A stretch of DNA of 54,817 nt. It comes from an uncultured Eubacteriales bacterium. Its GTDB lineage: Bacteria > Bacillota > Clostridia > Oscillospirales > Oscillospiraceae. Position numbers and translations under genes: made by a program. The notes under the pieces were generated by a model. The model saw nothing but the letters and a program-made list of their open reading frames with translations, did not search any database and had not been told where the DNA came from. This document shows positions 35,075 to 43,649 of the stretch, one piece after another (the first letter of the stretch is position 1; each line of letters begins with the position of its first letter). The DNA lies in the NCBI GenBank assembly GCA_902475455.1, contig CABRZO010000001.1, positions 1 to 54,817 of the forward strand. Direction: 5' to 3'.

Positions 35075-36055
35075 TTATTCCTCGTTGGGTTCGGTGGGGG
35101 CAGTCGTAGCGCCCTCCACCCGGTGGCAGGCCACCAGATGGCCCGGGCACGCCTCACGCAGCTCCGGCTCCTGGGCGAAGCACTGCTCCGTGGCGAACCG
35201 GCAGCGGGGCGCAAACCGGCAGCACTTGGGCGGATTGACCGGGGAGGTGAGCTCTCCCTGGAGCAAAATGCGCTCCGGCCGGTTCTCCAGCCGGGGAACC
35301 GGAATGGAGGACAGCAGCGCCTGGGAATAGGGGTGCAGCGTATTCCGGAACAGCTCTGCCGAGGCGCATTTCTCAACCACTTGTCCCAGGTACATCACGC
35401 AGATCTCATTGGAGATATGGCGTACCACCGACAGATCGTGTGTAATGAACAGATACGTCAGCTTTTTCTCCTCCTGCAGATCCTGCAGCAGGTTGAGCAC
35501 CTGGGCCTGAATGGAAACATCCAGCGCAGACACCGGTTCGTCACAGACAATGAACTTGGGCTCCAGAGCCAGGGCCCGGGCGATGCCGATCCGCTGCCGG
35601 CGCCCGCCGTCCAGCTCATGGGGGTAGGCCTGGGCAAACCGCTCCGCCAGTCCCACCGTGTCCATCAATTCCTTGACCCTGCGGTTGGTCTCCTCCTTGC
35701 TCTTGGTCAGTTTATAGATGGCCAGGGGCTCCGCGATCAGCTGACTGACCGACATTCTGGGGTCCAGAGAGGCAAAGGGATCCTGAAAGATCATCTGCAT
35801 CTCAGTGCGCAGATGCTTGAACTGCTTGGGTTTGATCCCGGTAATCTCTGTTCCGTTAAACCAGACCTCACCGGAGGAGGGTTCCGTCAGCCGAAGGATG
35901 CTTTTCCCCAGGGTGGATTTACCGCATCCAGACTCACCCACAATACCCATGGTCTCCCCCACGTCCACAGAAAACGAAACATCATCCACCGCGTGGAGAA
36001 CACCATCGGCAGTGGGAAAATACTTCTTCAGATGCTTTACTTCCAGCAGTTTCAT
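35075..36055 (-). CDS. Opp/Dpp-type ABC transporter ATP-binding protein (OppF-like)
   Basis: Walker [10 protein letters not shown], signature LDGGRRQRI, Walker [13 protein letters not shown], and a Cys-containing C-terminal oligopeptide-transporter domain. Its ATG overlaps the OppD-like stop (ATGA). Confidence 0.9.
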   Translation of the reverse strand: MKLLEVKHLKKYFPTADGVLHAVDDVSFSVDVGETMGIVGESGCGKSTLGKSILRLTEPSSGEVWFNGTEITGIKPKQFKHLRTEMQMIFQDPFASLDPRMSVSQLIAEPLAIYKLTKSKEETNRRVKELMDTVGLAERFAQAYPHELDGGRRQRIGIARALALEPKFIVCDEPVSALDVSIQAQVLNLLQDLQEEKKLTYLFITHDLSVVRHISNEICVMYLGQVVEKCASAELFRNTLHPYSQALLSSIPVPRLENRPERILLQGELTSPVNPPKCCRFAPRCRFATEQCFAQEPELREACPGHLVACHRVEGATTAPTEPNEE

Positions 36056-37035
36056 TCCGGTACCTCCTTGCCCGGGCCAAAGTGCAGGCACTTGACAAAA
36101 TGTCCCGGCTCCACTTCCGTCAGAATGGGATCGCAACGCTTGCACTGATCCACGCACTGCTCACACCGGTCACTGAAGCTGCACCAGGGGGGCAGATCCA
36201 TGGGGTTTGCCATCAACCCCTTGATGGGCTTCAGCCGTCTCATCTCCCGCTCCAGGTCGGGCAGGGAGTCAAAGAGCCCTTTGGTATAGGGGTGCAGCGG
36301 GTTGTGGAAGATCCGCTCGGTGGTGCCGTATTCCACAATCTCTCCGGCGTAGATCACCGCGCACTTGTCGCACATCTCCGCCACCACGCCAAAATCGTGG
36401 GTGATTAGCAGCATGGAGGTGTTGAACTGGCTGCGCAGCTGTTTCATTAGTTCCAGCACCTGGGCCTGGATGGTCACATCCAGGGCGGTGGTGGGCTCGT
36501 CGGCAATCAGCAGCGCCGGGTTGCAGGCCAGGGCAATGGCAATGACCACTCGCTGCTTCATACCGCCGGAAAACTGATGGGGGTACTCTCCGGCTCGCTG
36601 GGGAGCAATGCCCACTGTCTCCAGCATCTGCCGGGCCCGCTCCATACTCTCACTTTTAGAGCAATCCGAGTGAAGTGCAATCATCTCGGCAATCTGGTCT
36701 CCCACCGTCAGCACCGGATTTAGCGCGGTCATGGGATCCTGAAAGATCATGGAGATTCGGCCTCCCCGCAGGGCCCGAAGGGATGCGTCCTCCATTTTCA
36801 TGACATCTTCGCCCTCAAACAGGATTTCGCCGTCAATGATCTTGCCTGGGGGATTGGGGACCAGCCTCAGGATACCCAGGGCGGTGGTGGTCTTGCCCGC
36901 TCCGGTCTCTCCCACCAGTCCCAGGGTCTCTCCCTTCTCCAGGGACAGGGAGACATCGTTGACCGCCCGCACGGTGCCGGCACGGGTGACGTAATGGATG
37001 GTCAGATTTTTGATTTCTAATTCTTTCATATCCAT
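36052..37035 (-). CDS. Opp/Dpp-type ABC transporter ATP-binding protein (OppD-like)
   Basis: Walker [10 protein letters not shown], signature FSGGMKQRV, and Walker [18 protein letters not shown] overlap with the upstream permease. Confidence 0.9.
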   Translation of the reverse strand: MDMKELEIKNLTIHYVTRAGTVRAVNDVSLSLEKGETLGLVGETGAGKTTTALGILRLVPNPPGKIIDGEILFEGEDVMKMEDASLRALRGGRISMIFQDPMTALNPVLTVGDQIAEMIALHSDCSKSESMERARQMLETVGIAPQRAGEYPHQFSGGMKQRVVIAIALACNPALLIADEPTTALDVTIQAQVLELMKQLRSQFNTSMLLITHDFGVVAEMCDKCAVIYAGEIVEYGTTERIFHNPLHPYTKGLFDSLPDLEREMRRLKPIKGLMANPMDLPPWCSFSDRCEQCVDQCKRCDPILTEVEPGHFVKCLHFGPGKEVPE

Positions 37036-37934
37036 TACTCCTTCAGCTTGGGATCCATGGCGTCCCGGAGGCCGTCACCGAACATATTGAATCCGAACAT
37101 GGTCAGCATAATGGCAAGGCCCGGGAAGGTGATCAGCGGATAGAATTGCCGGATAAACTCCCGGCCGGAGTTCAGCATAGACCCCCATTCCGGGGTGGGG
37201 GGCTGTACGCCCAGCCCGATGAAACTCAGGCCGGAGATCATCATAATGTTGCCTCCCAACCGCAGGGTGCAGTCTACAATGATGGGGGCCAGACAGTTGG
37301 GAATCACGTGGGACAGAATGACCCGCAGATTCCGGGAGCCGCAGGCCCGGGCGGCCTCAATATACTCCTCTCCCCGAATGCTGAGGGAGGTGGCCCGCAT
37401 CATACGACAGCTGGGGGCAATGCCGCCCACTGCCACCGCAACGGCGGTCTGCCAGATGCCGTTGCCCAGCATGGAGGAGACACAGATGGCCAGCAAGGTA
37501 CCGGGAATAGCCATCAGCATGTCCATGAAGCGCATGATGACCGTGTCTACCTTGCCTCCGAAGTAGCCGGAGACGGCGCCGATCAGGCCGCCCACCACCA
37601 CGGAGCACACCACCGCCATCAGGGAGACCAGCAACGAGATGCGGCCGCCGTAGATGATTCGGCTCAGGATGTCCCGGCCATAGTTGTCGGTGCCCAGAGG
37701 ATGGGCCAGGCAGGGATAGAGCAGGCGCTGTGTTGGGTTCTGCATGTTGATGTCATAGGGGGCGATCCAGTCTGCGAAGATGGCGCAAATGATCAACAGC
37801 AGCACGATGGCCATACCCACCATGGCCAGCTTGTTGGTCTTGAGCCGGTCCCAGATCTCCAGCAGCTGGCTGCGCTTTTTCAGGCTGCCCTGGGACAGCG
37901 TCTGGTCCTGTCTGTCTTTTGGTACGGCGGTCAT
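37035..37934 (-). CDS. Opp/Dpp-type ABC transporter permease (OppC-like)
   Basis: Six-TM permease with the EAA-loop region [24 protein letters not shown]. Confidence 0.9.
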   Translation of the reverse strand: MTAVPKDRQDQTLSQGSLKKRSQLLEIWDRLKTNKLAMVGMAIVLLLIICAIFADWIAPYDINMQNPTQRLLYPCLAHPLGTDNYGRDILSRIIYGGRISLLVSLMAVVCSVVVGGLIGAVSGYFGGKVDTVIMRFMDMLMAIPGTLLAICVSSMLGNGIWQTAVAVAVGGIAPSCRMMRATSLSIRGEEYIEAARACGSRNLRVILSHVIPNCLAPIIVDCTLRLGGNIMMISGLSFIGLGVQPPTPEWGSMLNSGREFIRQFYPLITFPGLAIMLTMFGFNMFGDGLRDAMDPKLKE

Positions 37935-38914
37935 GCCTTCGCCTCCTCTCCTTCGGTCTGGGTCTTTTTACGGCGCTTGCCGGCGCCGGCGAACTGAGCC
38001 TTGATCCGCGGGTCAATGGCGGCATAGGCCAGGTCCACCAGCAGGTTCATACAGCACACGAACACAGCGATGACCAGCGTAATCCCCATGATCGTGGGAT
38101 AGTCCCGATTGTTGATACCGGTCACCATCAGGGAGCCGATGCCGGGAATATTGAAAATACTCTCGATGATGACGTTTCCGCCGATGACCATGGAAATCTG
38201 TCCGCCGATCATGGTAATCACCGGAATTAGCGCATTTTTCAGGGCGTGCTTACGGATGATGGCCATCTCCCGCAGGCCCTTGGCCCGGGCAGTGCGGATA
38301 TAGTCCTGACGGATGACCTCCAGCAGACTGGAGCGGGTCATGCGGGTGGTACCGGCCAGACTCATCATGCCGCTGGCCGCCACCGGCAAAACATAATGCA
38401 GCGGCGTACTCAGTCCGCTGGCTGGCAGCAGGTTCAGCTTGATGCTGAACACCACAATGCCCATCAGTGCCAGCCAAAACCCCGGAATGGAGGCCAGCAC
38501 CACCGCCAGAATGGACACGGTATAGTCCAGGGCAGTCTTCTGTTTGATGGCGGAGATAATGCCGAAGGGGATGCCCAGCACCACGGTGACGCAGACGCTG
38601 AGGACACCCAGCTGGATGGTTACCCCAACCCGTTCAGCGATGGTGGCGGATACCGCCCGGTTGGTCATATAGGAGGTGCCCAGATCCAGCCTGGTCACCA
38701 CCCCCCAGATGTACTGGCCCAGCTGAATCAGATAGGGCTGATCCAGACCCATCTCATGTTCCACCTGATCGTACTGTTCCTGGGTATAGTTGTCCGGCAG
38801 CTGGTTGAGCACCGGATCGCCCGGCATCAGATAGCTGAGCGAAAAGACAATAATCAGCACGCCCAACAGCACCGGAATCATCTGCAGCAGGCGCTTGATG
38901 ATGTATTTGATCAT
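37931..38914 (-). CDS. Opp/Dpp-type ABC transporter permease (OppB-like)
   Basis: MIKYIIKRLLQMIPVLLGV N-terminus and EAA loop DYIRTARAKGLREMAIIRKHALKN. RBS AAAGGAGAG. The ORF track extension to 38986 was rejected. Confidence 0.9.
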   Translation of the reverse strand: MIKYIIKRLLQMIPVLLGVLIIVFSLSYLMPGDPVLNQLPDNYTQEQYDQVEHEMGLDQPYLIQLGQYIWGVVTRLDLGTSYMTNRAVSATIAERVGVTIQLGVLSVCVTVVLGIPFGIISAIKQKTALDYTVSILAVVLASIPGFWLALMGIVVFSIKLNLLPASGLSTPLHYVLPVAASGMMSLAGTTRMTRSSLLEVIRQDYIRTARAKGLREMAIIRKHALKNALIPVITMIGGQISMVIGGNVIIESIFNIPGIGSLMVTGINNRDYPTIMGITLVIAVFVCCMNLLVDLAYAAIDPRIKAQFAGAGKRRKKTQTEGEEAKA

Positions 38915-39000
38915 AGACTTTCTCTCCTTTTCGCGGTTCGCCGCCCCCCTCCCCCGCCCGGGGACCGGGGAGGGGGCGGCTGCCATGCGCCGGAATGGGA

Positions 39001-40626
39001 TCAGCCCACTACGGTAATGTCCCGCAGAGAGGGAGAACCGGTGATGGGAATGTCACAGGTGCCGATCCGGCTGTTGTAGGCGTAGGCGGTGCTCCACTGG
39101 CCCACCGGGATCATGCTGTAGTGATCGTAGAAGTAATCCTGCACATCACTGTAAATCTGGGCCCGCTCCGCATCGTCAGTGGTGCTGCGGCCCGCCTCCA
39201 GCAGATCCACAATTTCGGGATCAGTCTGAGCAGTGCACTGGTAGGAGAAGTTGCCCCGGAAGAAGGTATACACGTCCGCTGCCTCATTGGTGGCGGTGGC
39301 GATGGCAGCACCGTTGATAAACAGGTCGGTGCCGTTGGGCTGGGACCAGTAGTCGGCCACGGCGGTGGACTGATCGTAGGTCTCAATCTCCACATTGACG
39401 CCGATCTCCTGCATGTAGTACTGGAAGGACTCGGCAATGGTGGTGGAGGTGGTAGCCGTATTGGTCACGAAGGTCAGGGTTGGGTTGTCAATGCCGCATT
39501 CCGCCACCAGCTGCTTGGCTGTCTCCGGGTCATACTCGTAGGAATGGCCGTCCACATAGTAGGGGTTGGACTCGTTCAGGGTTGAGGTGGAGGGGGTGGC
39601 CAGAATGCCCCAGGTCAGGTCGGCGATGGCCGCAGCATCGGTGCCGATGCAAATAGCCTCGCGGAGCTTTTCATTCTGCAGATCCTGGTTCTGGGGACTC
39701 AGCACAATCACCGCCGAGGCGTTGGAGCTGACGGGGACATAGGTGCCCATGCTGGGATCGGCGGAGATCTCTTCACAGTCGTTGGCAGTGAGGTTGATAG
39801 CCACGTCGATGACCCCGTTGATGTAGTCGGCCATCATGGTGGTGTTGTCGGTATACCGATAGCAGGTGATCTCCTGGACCGAGGCGGAGTCGCCGGCCTC
39901 GTCGGCCATCCACCAGTCGTCCCGCTTTTCAAATGTGATGGACACGTCGGTAATGCTCTCCTTCACCGTATAGGGGCCGGAGCCGCACACCGAATCCTTG
40001 GAGAACCAGTCGGCGTTCTCCCCCAGAGCTTCCACAAAGTCCTTGTTCATTACAAAGATATTGAGGCCGGACTGCCAGGGGCCGTAGGGCTGATTGTACT
40101 GGAGGTACAGGGTCATGCCATCCTCGGAAACAGAGCTGGCGTCAAAGTCCACCACGGTGAAGTTGGTGCCGCCCCGGGAGGACTGGGCAAAGCGCTGCAT
40201 GGAGTAGAGCACATCCTCCATGGTCATCTGATCCCCGTTGGAGAAATAGATACCGTCCTTCAGCTCCAGAACCAGCTGATTTTCCACCTCCTCGGACCAG
40301 TAGTAGTCGCTGAGAATGTCGGAATACCACTGGCCGTCGGAGCCGATGCTGAACAACTGGTCATAGAGCAGGTAGGTGGCCGCGGTGGAGCACTCGGTGC
40401 TGAAGTACTGGCTGGCATCAAAATGGCCCAGGAACTGCTGGGCCGTGGAGCCCACTGCAATGGCGGCATCGGTCTGAACTGTCTGGGCCGAACTGCCGGC
40501 GGAGCCGCTGGTGGTGGAGGTACCGGAGGCAGAGGTACTGCCGTTGCCGCAGGCCGCCAGCCCGAATACCATGGACGCCGCCAGGGCCAGCCCGGCCAGC
40601 CGTCTGAAGATACCGTGTTGTTTCAT
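39001..40626 (-). CDS. ABC transporter substrate-binding lipoprotein, family 5 (peptide/nickel/opine type)
   Basis: Signal peptide with the lipobox LAAC, a Ser/Thr/Gly linker, and 541 aa typical of family-5 binding proteins. RBS AGAGGAGGAA. Confidence 0.88.
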   Translation of the reverse strand: MKQHGIFRRLAGLALAASMVFGLAACGNGSTSASGTSTTSGSAGSSAQTVQTDAAIAVGSTAQQFLGHFDASQYFSTECSTAATYLLYDQLFSIGSDGQWYSDILSDYYWSEEVENQLVLELKDGIYFSNGDQMTMEDVLYSMQRFAQSSRGGTNFTVVDFDASSVSEDGMTLYLQYNQPYGPWQSGLNIFVMNKDFVEALGENADWFSKDSVCGSGPYTVKESITDVSITFEKRDDWWMADEAGDSASVQEITCYRYTDNTTMMADYINGVIDVAINLTANDCEEISADPSMGTYVPVSSNASAVIVLSPQNQDLQNEKLREAICIGTDAAAIADLTWGILATPSTSTLNESNPYYVDGHSYEYDPETAKQLVAECGIDNPTLTFVTNTATTSTTIAESFQYYMQEIGVNVEIETYDQSTAVADYWSQPNGTDLFINGAAIATATNEAADVYTFFRGNFSYQCTAQTDPEIVDLLEAGRSTTDDAERAQIYSDVQDYFYDHYSMIPVGQWSTAYAYNSRIGTCDIPITGSPSLRDITVVG

Positions 40627-40766
40627 CGTGTTTCCTCCTCTTGATTTGAAATGATGTGGTCTGTGTGGGGCGTCCCGTCGCTCCGGCTGTTCTGCGCTGC
40701 CGGCTGTCCGTCCGGGTGTGCCCGGGATGAACTGTGTCCCGGGCCCGTCGCCCTGTGATGGTTGCG

Positions 40767-40795
40767 AGTATAAAAACCTCGGCCGTCAAATGCAA
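40767..40795 (-). promoter_or_regulatory. candidate operon promoter (TTGCAT-17-TATACT)
   Basis: Minus-strand -35 at 40790-40795 and -10 at 40767-40772. This implies a GC-rich leader of about 130 nt before the binding-protein gene. Confidence 0.45.
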
Positions 40796-41029
40796 GGTGG
40801 AAAAACTGACCTGGCTGCCAAATCCTGCAGTGTTCCGTTTTTGAGGAGGTTGAAGGTCTGAACAGAGGCGGCAAAAAAGGCGGAGAATCTGACTGTGACA
40901 TTCTGAAGTCCACCCTCATATGTGACATCCGTCATACAATTCAGCTGTTTTATTCTGCTTTTTTCGATTTTTCACACCATTTCGTTCACTTTTTACAGCG
41001 GTTTTTTGTGGCCTAAATTCCGGGATTTC

Positions 41030-41059
41030 TTGAAAAAGTCCTGGGGGCTGCGCTATAAT
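41030..41059 (+). promoter_or_regulatory. candidate promoter for the AraC-family gene (TTGAAA-18-TATAAT)
   Basis: TTGAAA at 41030-41035 and TATAAT at 41054-41059. Confidence 0.45.
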
Positions 41060-41110
41060 AATTACAATCGAATTTTGGCGAAAAAGCTGCGCTGGAGGCG
41101 AGATTCCCCC

Positions 41111-42679
41111 ATGAAATCCCATAAAAATCTGCTCTGTTCTCTCTTCCTGCTCTCCCTGCTCTGCTTTTTGGCCGCGGGCACCATACTACTGGCCACGGTG
41201 TCCTCTCTCTCCGGCCCGGGCCGGGCCCTGGTGCTGCTGCTGCTCTCCCTGGCGGAGGCAGGCGGACTGGCGGCGCTGGGATACCGGGTGTTTTTTTCCT
41301 TCCGGCGCTCCGCCCAGTTGCTGCCCCGGGAGCTCTGCGCCCGGCTGGAGGACCAGCCGGTCACCGACCAGTTCCATCTGCTCTGCCAATCCTACGCTCA
41401 AAAACACGAGGACCTGAGATTCATGAGTGCAGACCGATTGCTCACCCATCTGTTGGAGGACAACACCCACACCCACGTCATTGAAAATCTGCGTCAACAG
41501 CTTCAGGACATCCTGCACAGCGAGATCTTTGGCTTCCGCTGGACCAGCTACTGCTTGATCTATGTCCGTCTGGAGGACTATGAATCCTACATGCTGAAAA
41601 CCTGTGACGGCCACTTCTTCTTTGAGGACTTCCGCCGGATGTACGAGGTGGTCAGCCACACCTTCTCCACCATGCTAAATCAGCGCAACATTGCCTTCGG
41701 CGTGGAGCGGAAAAACGCCTGTGTCTTTCTGGTCAATCTGGCCAACACCGGAGAGGACACCCCCCGATCCGAGCTGGAGAAGATCCTGGACGGCCTGTAC
41801 CACGGCTGTGAGGACATGGTACGCACCATCGGAGAGAGCTTTAATGTGACTCTGGAGGTGGTGCTCTCCACCCCCTTCCAGGATGTCACCGAGACCTACA
41901 GCATCTATGAGTGGATGCTCACCATGAAGGAGTACTGTGACTTTGTGGCCGGTCCCCGGCCGGTGCTGGGGCCTCAGGACTGCCAGCAGTTTCTTGCCGC
42001 CCCCCACGCCCTATCCTCTCCCACGGAAAAGACCTATTACAGCGCGCTGCTGGCGGAGGATTTTGTCAAGGCGGAACAGGCCCTCTACGAGATGGAACTG
42101 TACGTCCTGGCCAACAACGGCTGCAATGTGCCCGCCCTCAAGAGCGTGATGCGGCTGTGCCTCAGCGCTGCCGAGGACATCGCCACCTCCAACACCTTCT
42201 CCTCCAAGAGCATCCTCTCCCTGGACTGGCGCACCGCCATTCAGAAAGCCGAGACCCAGCAGCAGCTGGAGGAGGTCATTCACTCCTTTTTTGACTATCT
42301 CATCAGCCGCTCCGGCAAGCGCCGCAGCGAGTGCTCCAGCACCACCCAGAAGATCACCGCCTTTCTGGATGAACACTATACCTGCCCCGACCTGTCCGTC
42401 ACCATGCTCTCCGACGCCCTCTCCCTGAGCCCCTCCTATATCTCCCGGATTTTCAAACGGGAGGTTGGCATCAACGTGCCCGACTACATCCACGAAAAGC
42501 GGGTACGCCGGGCCAAGGAGCTGCTGTCCACCACGGATCTCCCCCTCAACGATGTGGCCCTGCAGGTGGGCTACTCTACCGCTTGGACCATGAACCGTAT
42601 TTTCAAGCGGATAGTCCACATGACCCCCGGCGCCTGGCGCCAGGTGGCCCAATCCAACCAGGAGGAAAACCAACCATGA
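41111..42679 (+). CDS. membrane-anchored AraC family transcriptional regulator
   Basis: Two N-terminal hydrophobic helices (LLCSLFLLSLLCFLAAGTILLATV and ALVLLLLSLAEAGGLAALGY), a large central domain, and a C-terminal double-HTH (LSPSYISRIFKREVG...VALQVGYSTAWTMNRIFKR). The start at 41111 follows GGAGG. The low-GC upstream extension in the ORF track was rejected. Confidence 0.85.
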   Translation: MKSHKNLLCSLFLLSLLCFLAAGTILLATVSSLSGPGRALVLLLLSLAEAGGLAALGYRVFFSFRRSAQLLPRELCARLEDQPVTDQFHLLCQSYAQKHEDLRFMSADRLLTHLLEDNTHTHVIENLRQQLQDILHSEIFGFRWTSYCLIYVRLEDYESYMLKTCDGHFFFEDFRRMYEVVSHTFSTMLNQRNIAFGVERKNACVFLVNLANTGEDTPRSELEKILDGLYHGCEDMVRTIGESFNVTLEVVLSTPFQDVTETYSIYEWMLTMKEYCDFVAGPRPVLGPQDCQQFLAAPHALSSPTEKTYYSALLAEDFVKAEQALYEMELYVLANNGCNVPALKSVMRLCLSAAEDIATSNTFSSKSILSLDWRTAIQKAETQQQLEEVIHSFFDYLISRSGKRRSECSSTTQKITAFLDEHYTCPDLSVTMLSDALSLSPSYISRIFKREVGINVPDYIHEKRVRRAKELLSTTDLPLNDVALQVGYSTAWTMNRIFKRIVHMTPGAWRQVAQSNQEENQP

Positions 42680-43509
42680 AACTACTCCGACTTCTGCTGG
42701 CCCTGGCCTTGTGTCCCCTGCTGCTGCAGCCGCTGCTGCCCCAGGCTGCCGCCTTGGAGGAAGCGCTGATCCAGGCGGAGACCGACTTTACCTCGGAAGA
42801 GGGACTTCCGGACACCTGTGCCGAGACCTCCCTGGGCAATCTGTGCGCCGATGCGGCCCGGGAGTGCTGCGGCGCCGACTTCGCCCTGCTCCCCGCCGAG
42901 GCTATGGAGGGCACCCTGGCCCATGGCGCAGTCTTTGCCAGCGATTTGGAGCGGATTATCCCGCAGGACGATTCTCTCTTTATGGTCTCGATCTCCGCCG
43001 CCCAGCTCTTCGATCTGCTGGAAACCGGCGTGAGTCATCTGGTGACCAACCAGGCGGAGCAGATCGATTCGGAGCGCTCCGCCTGGCAGGGCTTTCCTCA
43101 GGTCTCCGGCTTCTCCTGGACCTATGACGCCTCCGCCCCAGCCGGGGAGCGGGTACTCTCGATCTCCCGGAATGGCGCCGAGCTGGACCCGGCGGACGAA
43201 ACCGTCCAATATACCCTGGTGACCACCGCCCCGTTGTTGGAGGGCTCCCTGGACTATCAGCTTCCGGGCACCCATCAGGACACCGGCTTCACCCTCCGGG
43301 ATGCCCTGACCCACTACTGCACTGGCCGGGACTCACTGTCTGCCCTCCCCTCCCGGGCCACCGTCATTGGCACTGCCAGTTACCCGCTCTGGGAGCGATT
43401 CCCCCTGCCCGCCCTGGTGGGCATCTGTCTGATAGTAGCACTGCTGGCCGCCCTCCCCCGTTGGAAGGGAGAAAAGCACTTCTCCTTCCGGCAAAACGTT
43501 TCGCGCTGA
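42676..43509 (+). CDS. exported, C-terminally anchored protein consisting only of a 5'-nucleotidase C-terminal (substrate-binding) domain
   Basis: Signal peptide MKLLRLLLALALCPLLLQPLLPQAAA. SLGNLCADAARE and FPQVSGFSWTYDASAPAGERVLSI resemble the UshA/5'-NT C-domain. C-terminal TM LPALVGICLIVALLAAL. ATGA overlap with the AraC stop. Confidence 0.72.
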   Translation: MKLLRLLLALALCPLLLQPLLPQAAALEEALIQAETDFTSEEGLPDTCAETSLGNLCADAARECCGADFALLPAEAMEGTLAHGAVFASDLERIIPQDDSLFMVSISAAQLFDLLETGVSHLVTNQAEQIDSERSAWQGFPQVSGFSWTYDASAPAGERVLSISRNGAELDPADETVQYTLVTTAPLLEGSLDYQLPGTHQDTGFTLRDALTHYCTGRDSLSALPSRATVIGTASYPLWERFPLPALVGICLIVALLAALPRWKGEKHFSFRQNVSR

Positions 43510-43536
43510 ACGCTCTTTTCTTGAAAGATCCCAACC

Positions 43537-43572
43537 AAAAAGCGCGCTGCAATTGCTTGCAGCGCGCTTTCC
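43537..43572. terminator. bidirectional terminator
   Basis: aaaa-agcgcgctgcaa-ttgc-ttgcagcgcgct-ttcc. Confidence 0.75.
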
Positions 43573-43649
43573 TACGTTATACGGTTTTGAAGGACTGTGA
43601 TTTCAGGTAACCAAGAGGAGTCCCGGTATGCTGGATGAATTGTACAAAA

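Noticed and set aside
40922-41110. 63-codon N-terminal extension of the AraC ORF
   Set aside because: The segment is low-GC, contains the predicted promoter (41030-41059), and has no RBS at 40922.
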